Origin: a candidate division FCPU426 bacterium | GTDB lineage: Bacteria; Oederibacteriota; PGYV01; Palsa-1178 | Direction: 5' to 3' | Length of the DNA stretch: 64,000 bases | NCBI GenBank assembly: GCA_963840035.1 | Contig: CAWIXE010000002.1 | Coordinates: 96,001 to 160,000, forward strand | In this document: piece by piece, positions 53,768 through 64,000 of the stretch | How the letters are laid out: every line of letters starts with the position of its first letter | Numbering within the stretch: position 1 is the first letter of the stretch | The notes under the pieces: generated by a model | Databases searched by the model: none | The model's input: only the letters and a program-made list of their open reading frames with translations | What the model was told of the DNA's origin: nothing | Position numbers and translations under genes: made by a program

Positions 53768-54151
53768 ATGCCACTAATCAAAATTCACATGCGCGACGGT
53801 AAGGAAAAGCAGCACAAGAGGGCTCTTTTGGACGGGGTGCATCAGGCGCTGGTTTCGGCTTTTAAGATACCCAAGAATGACAGGACTATACTGCTAACCG
53901 AGTATGACGCCGAGCATTTTGACGGCAGGGATGAGAACTTTACCATTGTCGAGGTTATCGCGTTCGCGGGCAGGACAAAGGACGCGAAAAGGGAGTTGTA
54001 TAAGAAAATCGTTGAAAACGTATGTAAAACGACAAAACTGGCGCCAACGGATATCTTCATCATAATAAACGACATACCAAAGGATAACTGGGGAATCCGC
54101 GGCGGGCAGATGGCAAGTGAAGTGGATATCGGGTTTAAAACAGATGTGTAG
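53768..54151 (+). CDS. Tautomerase family protein
   Basis: N-terminal Pro (MPLIKI), 'GRTKDAKRELYKKI', 'DNWGIRGG'. Confidence 0.88.
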   Translation: MPLIKIHMRDGKEKQHKRALLDGVHQALVSAFKIPKNDRTILLTEYDAEHFDGRDENFTIVEVIAFAGRTKDAKRELYKKIVENVCKTTKLAPTDIFIIINDIPKDNWGIRGGQMASEVDIGFKTDV

Positions 54152-54247
54152 GGACAGCGCTCCCGCGCTGTCCGACAGGATTTGGTAGCCGCAACCTGAA
54201 GGTTGCGTAAGGCTGCCAGCCCTGCGCAACCTGAAGGTTGCGGCTAC
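54148..54247. repeat. GTAG REPs: one overlapping the TAG stop, then a GTAGCCGCAACC pair
   Basis: gtagggacagcgctcccgcgctgtcc, then gtagccgcaacctgaaggttgcg ... cgcaacctgaaggttgcggctac. Confidence 0.8.
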
Positions 54248-54279
54248 CAGTGCTATAATACGACGAAATAGGAGCAAAT

Positions 54280-55080
54280 ATGACCAATAAAAACGTGATA
54301 TACCAGGTTGACTCTTTTACAGCCGTGCCTTTTAGAGGCAACCCTGCCGGGGTTATGATTGTTGATAAGACGATGAAAACTTCCCGTATGCAGGATATTG
54401 CCCTGGAAATGAACCTCTCTGAGACCGCTTTCATAATACCTGACGGCAGGGATTATAAGATCCGGTATTTTACTCCTGCCGCTGAAGTTCCTCTTTGCGG
54501 CCATGCTACATTGGCGTCCGGGCACATTCTGTACTCACTGGGCATGCGCAAGCCCGGGGAAGAGATAATATTTAAGGCAAAAGGCGGGGTTTTGACCATC
54601 ACCAATGAAAACGGCTGGATATCCATGAACTTTCCCTCATATCCTTTAAAAAAGGTTAAAACGCATAAAGCCTTTAAAAAGATAGTCGGGTTTCAGCCTG
54701 TTGAAATGTATTCAAGCCAGTATAACTGGGTAATTGCAGTGGCAAAGTCTGATAGTGACATTATAAAGGCAAAGCCCGATTTAGCTGCCCTTGAAGTAAA
54801 CGGCATGGGTCACCTCTTAATTACCGCGGCGAGCAAAGGCAAAGGCGCTGATTTTTCCCTGAGATGTTTCGCGCCCGCATTGGGAGTAAGCGAAGACCCG
54901 GTAACAGGTTCAGCCCATTGCGCCTTAACACCGCTGTGGTCCGTGAAGACAGGCAAGACAGCTTTAAATTCAATCCAACTGTCAAAAAGAGGCGGAAGGC
55001 TGAAAACAAGGTTCATCAATGGCAGGGTGGAGATTAAAGGTCAGGCAATAACGGTACTTAAAGCGGAATTATTGGTTTAA
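54280..55080 (+). CDS. PhzF family isomerase
   Basis: 'YQVDSF...GNPAGV', 'EMNLSETAF', 'EVPLCGHATLA', 'EDPVTGSAH'. Confidence 0.92.
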   Translation: MTNKNVIYQVDSFTAVPFRGNPAGVMIVDKTMKTSRMQDIALEMNLSETAFIIPDGRDYKIRYFTPAAEVPLCGHATLASGHILYSLGMRKPGEEIIFKAKGGVLTITNENGWISMNFPSYPLKKVKTHKAFKKIVGFQPVEMYSSQYNWVIAVAKSDSDIIKAKPDLAALEVNGMGHLLITAASKGKGADFSLRCFAPALGVSEDPVTGSAHCALTPLWSVKTGKTALNSIQLSKRGGRLKTRFINGRVEIKGQAITVLKAELLV

Positions 55081-55161
55081 AAAACAGGTCAAGACGTTTC
55101 ATCTGAGACGATCCACCTGAGACGGTTTATCTGAGACTATTGAGACATTCTTGGAGGTTTT

Positions 55162-55701
55162 ATGGACAAAGCACAGATCATTCAATTCATCGGAGTCACT
55201 GCAGGCATTGTGGTATTCTCCTGGTTCATCTCAATCAAACACGGCCGTTATCACGGCATCGCCCGGTTCTTTGCCTTTGAATCAATCGCGCTTATGGTTA
55301 TTCTCGATATTAAGTACTGGTTTGTCGATCCTTTCTCGCCTATGCAGATAATATCCTGGCTATTTCTGTGTTTAAGTATTTTCGTCGCCATTGGCGGGTT
55401 CATGCTTTTGGTATCCATGGGTAAGCCTAAAAGTATGTCTGAATTTGAGGCTACAACCAAGCTGGTAACTACGGGCATGTATAAATACATCAGGCACCCG
55501 CTGTATTGTTCCTTAATACTGCTTGGATTCGGCGTGTTCTTTAAACGTATTGAGACAGCACAAATAGTACTTATAATAATTAACACAGCAGCCCTTTATG
55601 TTACATCCCGCATGGAAGAAGGGGAAATGATAAAGGGTTTCGGGGAAGAATACAGGCAATACATGAAGAAGTCGAAAATGTTCATTCCATATATCTTTTA
55701 G
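55162..55701 (+). CDS. Isoprenylcysteine carboxylmethyltransferase/PEMT family membrane protein
   Basis: 'LVTTGMYKYIRHPLY', 'EEGEM...FGEEYRQY...FIPYIF'. Confidence 0.85.
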   Translation: MDKAQIIQFIGVTAGIVVFSWFISIKHGRYHGIARFFAFESIALMVILDIKYWFVDPFSPMQIISWLFLCLSIFVAIGGFMLLVSMGKPKSMSEFEATTKLVTTGMYKYIRHPLYCSLILLGFGVFFKRIETAQIVLIIINTAALYVTSRMEEGEMIKGFGEEYRQYMKKSKMFIPYIF

Positions 55702-55712
55702 AAAGGTAAACA

Positions 55713-55874
55713 ATGAAAAGAACCGCTAAAAAGAAGAAAAGCACCGTAAAGAAACACTGGTACTGGTCCAATTCCTGCCAGTGCGTAGAAAAGGCGTCGG
55801 ATAAGGATGTTAAGGCGGGCAGAGTTAAAAGGTGCATGTCCGCTGATGAACTTAAAAAGGAACTACGCGGATGA
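55713..55874 (+). CDS. Putative antitoxin (53 aa, below the ORF-track cutoff)
   Basis: MKRTAKKKKSTVKKHWYWSNSCQCVEKASDKDVKAGRVKRCMSADELKKELRG. The 'WxW...E..D.D..AGRV' pattern resembles type II antitoxin C-termini. ATGA overlap with the toxin. Confidence 0.65.
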   Translation: MKRTAKKKKSTVKKHWYWSNSCQCVEKASDKDVKAGRVKRCMSADELKKELRG

Positions 55875-56131
55875 TATTTGACAGGACGCATACATTTGAA
55901 AAAGCTTTTTTGGATTTGCCGCCTGATGTCAAAAAGGTTTTTCTTGGAAAAACGGCCATTATGGAAAAAGATTTTGACCATCCGTCATTGCGCATCAAAA
56001 AGATTACGGGTTCCGGTGGGGTATATGAAGGCAGCGTCAATATGCATTACAGGTTTACGTTTGAACTTATAAAAGGCGGCATATTGCTCAGGAACATCGG
56101 GCAGCATGACCCGGTATTGTCGAGAAGGTAG
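55871..56131 (+). CDS. RelE/ParE-superfamily toxin
   Basis: 86 aa, 'T..FEKAF..LP', 'HPSLRIKKI', 'YEGSVNMHYRFTF', 'LRNIGQHD'. Confidence 0.75.
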   Translation: MIFDRTHTFEKAFLDLPPDVKKVFLGKTAIMEKDFDHPSLRIKKITGSGGVYEGSVNMHYRFTFELIKGGILLRNIGQHDPVLSRR

Positions 56132-56177
56132 TCTCAACAATCTCAGAAGTCTCAATAGTAAAGACACGGAGGATAAA

Positions 56178-56978
56178 TTGAAAAAATACGTTCACGGTTA
56201 CTCTAAAAAGGAAAACAACAGGCTTTACGACCAGGCAGGGACTCTGACAGGACTGCTGCACGGTGATACCCGCTATAAAAAAGGGGAAAGTGTGCTTGAG
56301 GCCGGATGCGGGGTGGGAGCGCAGACGCTGATACTGGCTAAAAACAGCCCTTCCGTGGACATAACATCAATTGATTTTTCTTATGAATCCCTGGATAAAG
56401 CCAGACAGCTTATCAAAAAGAATAAAATAACCAATGTGAAGTTCCTGCACGCCGATATATTTGACCTTCCTTTTGACGATAATACCTTTGACCACGTATT
56501 TGTATGCTTTGTGCTGGAACACCTTAAGGAGCCAGTAAAGGCGCTGAAGTGCATGAAAAAAACGCTGAAAAAAGGCGGGACAATTACGGTTATAGAAGGA
56601 GACCATGATACTTCGCTGTTTTATCCTTTCAGCGAAGCTGCCATGAAAACAATAAAGTGTTTAATAGACCTGCAGGCTAAAATGGGAGGGAATTCCCTCA
56701 TAGGCAGGGAGTTATACCCGTTGTTAAAAAAAGCGGGATTCAAAGATGTTGATATATCCCCGAGGTTTGTATATGCGGATGCCTCAAAACCAGCAATGGT
56801 TGACGGGTTTACAAAGAAGACATATATAGCCATGGTAAAAGGCGTTAAAGAGCAGGCAATCAGTTCGGGTATGATAAACAGGAAGATGTGGGACAAAGGA
56901 ATAAAGGATCTGAATAAGACCGCGGGCAAATACGGAGTATTTTGTTACACTTTTTTTAAAGGTATTGCGGTTAAATAA
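56178..56978 (+). CDS. Class I SAM-dependent methyltransferase
   Basis: 'YVHGY...E..RL.DQA', 'VLEAGCGVGAQ', 'FDHVFVCFVLEHL'. TTG start behind GGAGG. Confidence 0.88.
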   Translation: MKKYVHGYSKKENNRLYDQAGTLTGLLHGDTRYKKGESVLEAGCGVGAQTLILAKNSPSVDITSIDFSYESLDKARQLIKKNKITNVKFLHADIFDLPFDDNTFDHVFVCFVLEHLKEPVKALKCMKKTLKKGGTITVIEGDHDTSLFYPFSEAAMKTIKCLIDLQAKMGGNSLIGRELYPLLKKAGFKDVDISPRFVYADASKPAMVDGFTKKTYIAMVKGVKEQAISSGMINRKMWDKGIKDLNKTAGKYGVFCYTFFKGIAVK

Positions 56979-57060
56979 GTTTGTTCCCATAACTATTGAG
57001 ACTTCTGAGATCATTGAGATTGTTGAGACTTGTTTTATCAGTACGTAACCAAAAACCCCC

Positions 57061-57089
57061 TTGAACACGTCTAATATTCTAGGTATAAT
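57061..57089 (+). promoter_or_regulatory. Putative sigma70 promoter
   Basis: TTGAAC-17 bp-TATAAT. Confidence 0.6.
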
Positions 57090-57116
57090 AATGTTATCTT
57101 ATTATAGGAGGAAACA

Positions 57117-57863
57117 ATGAAAAAAATCATTATTTCAGCGGTTTTAATACTTGCCTTATATTCCATGTCATTCGCGGGGTTGACATGCACACAGACTGAG
57201 GACGGCAAGGTCTTTTATGAGGGCTTAACGCAGGTGGCTTCGTGGACCTATGATAGCGGGGCGCGTACCATGCAGGGTATCACCATTACCGGCGCTGTAA
57301 GGATAACAGCTGATTTTGACGGCAATTCGCGTTTTGCCGTAATTAACTACAAAAACAACGGCATTGTGGACGGTGTGTATTACTGGTATTTTATGGACAA
57401 AAAGCCGGCTTCCATGGAGACATATAAGAACGGCAAGATAGACGGCGCGTGCAAGACATATCATAAGAATGGGAAAATAAACCTTACCGGCACATATAAA
57501 GAAGGCAAAAAAGACGGTGTGTGGAAAGTGTATTACACAAACGGCCAGGTGGCGGAAATAGTGAATTATTTAAATGATTTAAAAAACGGGGATTATACAA
57601 AGAACTATGAATCAGGAAACCAGAATATAACATGCAAATATGTCAATGGAAAGATAGAAGGCTTGTATCAGGAGTATTATGATTCAGGTTCCTTAAAGAC
57701 AGAAGGCAACTATGTAAACGGCGCGCGGGACGGCGATTTTTCGATGTTTTATGAGTCCGGAGAAAAGCAATATACAATGAGATACAAGAACGGAAAAGCA
57801 ATAGGCGCCGTAAATGAGGAAGGCACTGAAATGGAGCCTGTGGAAACAGAATCGGATAAGTAA
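57117..57863 (+). CDS. Exported MORN-variant repeat (YwqK-like) protein
   Basis: Signal peptide, repeated 'Y.NG..DG....YY.NG' units. Confidence 0.8.
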   Translation: MKKIIISAVLILALYSMSFAGLTCTQTEDGKVFYEGLTQVASWTYDSGARTMQGITITGAVRITADFDGNSRFAVINYKNNGIVDGVYYWYFMDKKPASMETYKNGKIDGACKTYHKNGKINLTGTYKEGKKDGVWKVYYTNGQVAEIVNYLNDLKNGDYTKNYESGNQNITCKYVNGKIEGLYQEYYDSGSLKTEGNYVNGARDGDFSMFYESGEKQYTMRYKNGKAIGAVNEEGTEMEPVETESDK

Positions 57864-57907
57864 TACATCAGTTTTATTTCAGGGGGAAGAACTATAGGGG
57901 GTAATGC

Positions 57908-59008
57908 GTGAAAAAAACCTGTTTATTTATGTTTGTTGTTATATTTTCCGTTATTGTCGGATGTTCAAAGAAACACGGGCCTTTTGACCCTATGACAGCG
58001 GTTTCATCGCCGTCATCGACCAGTACCATATCAATTCCTACGCAAACAAATACTCCAGTTATTCCTTCATCAACAAGGACAGCCACAAGAACCAATACAC
58101 CTGCAAATACGGCAACGGCCACATATACAAGAACATCAACTAAAACCGCAACCTGCACGGCCACTAATACGGATACCGTTTTCCCGACGGGAACGCCGAC
58201 ATTAAACAGCACTTCAACCGCTTCTTCTACGCAGACATTGATCATATCTGCAACGCCGACTTCCACGAAATCATGCACAAGTACCGTTACTAACACAAAG
58301 ACCGTTACATATACGGGGACTATAACTATTACAGCGACTGAAACGCTGGAAGTCTCGCCCACATCCACGGCAACAATAACACCTACGGAAGTTATAGCCC
58401 CTGGAATATTTGTGTCATTTGGCGCCGCCGAAAATGTGTCTCAATACATAATGGGCATGCCTTTAAACATTTCAGCTGCGCTTGTTATGCTCACACGCGG
58501 GACCGATATGAGCCCGCCGCTTTTGGGGGCGGATGTTACAGTAAACTCATACGCGCTGATAGACAGTATGTCAAACGGGCAGTACATGTATGTAAACTAT
58601 TCAGGCACGGTATTCACTCCGGGCATGCAGGTGGGCCTGCACATATCGTGTTCCGAGGGTGCGGCAACCTGCACAATAACGGCAACGGAAGATTTCTCAA
58701 TCACCGCGCCGGCTGACGGCACATTCCAAAGCGCGGCTGCCGGATTCGGTATCTCCTGGACATATCCTGGAAACATCCCACCGCTGATATATCTTTCCGT
58801 AGGTGATACGACAAATGCGTATGTTACGCAGACAATACCGGGGACTGATACATCGTATAATGTGCCGGGCGGAGTGCTTCCTTCATCAGGGGACATAACA
58901 ATAACATTGCAGACAATGAATAACTCGCCGATTACCGGAGTGAACGCGGGATCAGCTGATTTTATATATTTGAATTCGCGGGCGAACACGGTAAAAATGC
59001 AGCCGTAA
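57908..59008 (+). CDS. Lipoprotein with long Thr/Ser-rich linker and beta-rich C-terminal domain
   Basis: Lipobox IVG-C-SKK, TxT tract of more than 100 aa, 'ITAPADG...ISW' Ig/FN3-like strands. Confidence 0.65.
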   Translation: MKKTCLFMFVVIFSVIVGCSKKHGPFDPMTAVSSPSSTSTISIPTQTNTPVIPSSTRTATRTNTPANTATATYTRTSTKTATCTATNTDTVFPTGTPTLNSTSTASSTQTLIISATPTSTKSCTSTVTNTKTVTYTGTITITATETLEVSPTSTATITPTEVIAPGIFVSFGAAENVSQYIMGMPLNISAALVMLTRGTDMSPPLLGADVTVNSYALIDSMSNGQYMYVNYSGTVFTPGMQVGLHISCSEGAATCTITATEDFSITAPADGTFQSAAAGFGISWTYPGNIPPLIYLSVGDTTNAYVTQTIPGTDTSYNVPGGVLPSSGDITITLQTMNNSPITGVNAGSADFIYLNSRANTVKMQP

Positions 59009-59036
59009 AATACTTTAAAATAAATGAAATAAAGTA

Positions 59037-59064
59037 TTGACAGATTTTGTTTTTTTGTTATAAT
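59037..59064 (+). promoter_or_regulatory. rRNA operon promoter P1
   Basis: TTGACA-16 bp-TATAAT with an AT-rich UP region. Confidence 0.8.
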
Positions 59065-59275
59065 CATCTCACGTTCGACAAGCAAGAAAAAGCGTTCTTA
59101 TAAAGTAAAATTCAAAGATGCTCAAAAGACTAAAAATTGTTCCGGCATGCAATAAAAAAATGAGAAAAGTTGCATGAGGCAGAAAAATCTGTCATAAAAA
59201 ATACCTTTAAAATATAGGGTTTTTTAGTACTGAAAAAAGAGAAGTTAAAAAGATTGAAAAATCTGAAAATTCTTC

Positions 59276-59304
59276 TTGACAATTAATCGGAGTTTTGGTA
59301 TATT
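59276..59304 (+). promoter_or_regulatory. rRNA operon promoter P2
   Basis: TTGACA-17 bp-TATATT, followed by boxA-like GTTCTTTGAA at 59341. Confidence 0.7.
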
Positions 59305-59628
59305 GTATTCACGGTTAGACAAAAACCAAAGTTGAAGAAAGTTCTTTGAAGCAAAAAGTTGCTACAGGGGTATTTTACGCTTTTTTTTGGGTTTGTTAGA
59401 AACTTATTGTAAAGTAAATGAGTTTTTAGAACCAGAAAAGCAAAAATGAAAATCCGCAGAATTAAAAACCTCGGATATAAAAATAAAATCCCAGCAAAAC
59501 CTTATACGGGATAGTATTCACCCTAAACGGCCATAGTGGCCCGGCAGGGGTACAAAAATGGTTCTTCACCAGTTATCAGAGAGAGAATAAGTTAATAAAT
59601 TGAGTTTCGCCTTGGCCAGAATAATAGT

Positions 59629-61208
<1,580 letters not shown>

Positions 61209-61312
61209 ATTTAAAACAAGTTAAGACAGCTTTTTGGTGTAAATAAATTACTGGCCAGGCGAGCTCAATTTATTAACTATTCTCTCTCAATTCATAAAAA
61301 ATACGGATCAGT

Positions 61313-61390
61313 GGGCCTTTAGCTCAGCTGGTTTAGAGCGCACGCTTGATAAGCGTGAGGTCTCTGGTTCAAGCCCAGAAAGGCCCACCA
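61313..61390 (+). tRNA. tRNA-Ile(GAT)
   Basis: GGGCCTTTAGCTCAGCTGG...CTTGATAAG...GGTTCAAGCCC...GGCCCACCA. Confidence 0.95.
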
Positions 61391-61494
61391 GCCTTAATAA
61401 AGCTTCGGCTGGTTAAAGCCGAATCGAGCAAAACCCGACAGGTGAGGATGCGGTTTTCAGACCGAAATCCGTAATCCAAATCCGCAGTTAATGT

Positions 61495-61570
61495 GGGGAT
61501 GTAGCTCAGTTGGGAGAGCACCTGGTTTGCAACCAGGACGTCGCAGGTTCGATCCCTGTCATCTCCACCA
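61495..61570 (+). tRNA. tRNA-Ala(TGC)
   Basis: GGGGATGTAGCTCAGTTGGGAGAGC...TTTGCAA...GGTTCGATCCC...CTCCACCA. Confidence 0.95.
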
Positions 61571-61877
61571 AATCTTTAAAAATTTGAGTGAATGACAAAA
61601 GCGGTTAACCGTAAAAAATAATTGACAAACGGCGCGTAATTTAGTAAATTGTGCGCCGCATATTCGTTCTTAAAAAGCATCCAGAGTGTTGATGATACAA
61701 AGTTGAGTGATATATTAATTTAAGATTCATGATTGAGTCTCCACCAACTTTTTATTCTCAATTCTCAGGAGCATATTGAGTGGTTCTTTTACAGCTATCA
61801 GAGCAGGAAATACAATTTTCGTCGAGTGTAATACGTAATACAAATGAAACAAATTGACTTAACAATATAAAAATTGT

Positions 61878-64000
<2,123 letters not shown>

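Noticed and set aside
50356..57863. Integron cassette array
   Set aside because: No tyrosine integrase and no RYYYAAC...GTTRRRY attC boundaries recognised. The separators are REPs and short-period arrays.

Overview
Chromosomal window from a diderm, LPS-making bacterium; the divergent 16S suggests a candidate-phylum lineage (inference). Nearly all genes lie on the + strand. In order it holds: a DUF2157/GDYXXLXY pair; tRNA-fMet, tRNA-Leu and mnmG on the minus strand; rlmN; and an LPS core cluster (msbA, gmhB, two heptokinase/nucleotidyltransferase pairs, a GT9, gmhA, kdsB, pyrG, kdsA). Next come a REP-associated tyrosine transposase (RAYT) locus, a frameshifted RNase HI, tldD, a TatT-type TRAP transporter and accessory lipoproteins. 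An Ile/Leu/Val-rich leader peptide and a Tam-like methyltransferase precede ilvD-ilvB-ilvN-ilvC-leuA-leuC-leuD-leuB-asd. After purB there is an accessory gene run with a RelE-like toxin-antitoxin pair, then an rRNA operon (16S, tRNA-Ile, tRNA-Ala, partial 23S). The most unusual signals are non-coding. (1) GTAG-REP pairs next to the RAYT and elsewhere are nested inside a second REP family, and in two cases enclose an AT-rich passenger gene, one with a 28-bp direct repeat. (2) Degenerate 7-mer arrays, mostly inverted and of several motif types, sit in every intergenic gap of the ilv-leu operon and many others. (3) A putative branched-chain amino acid attenuator sits in front of a Tam-like methyltransferase rather than ilvD. 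Four genes are split by apparent single-base insertions. All calls come from reading motifs by eye; no database searches were run.
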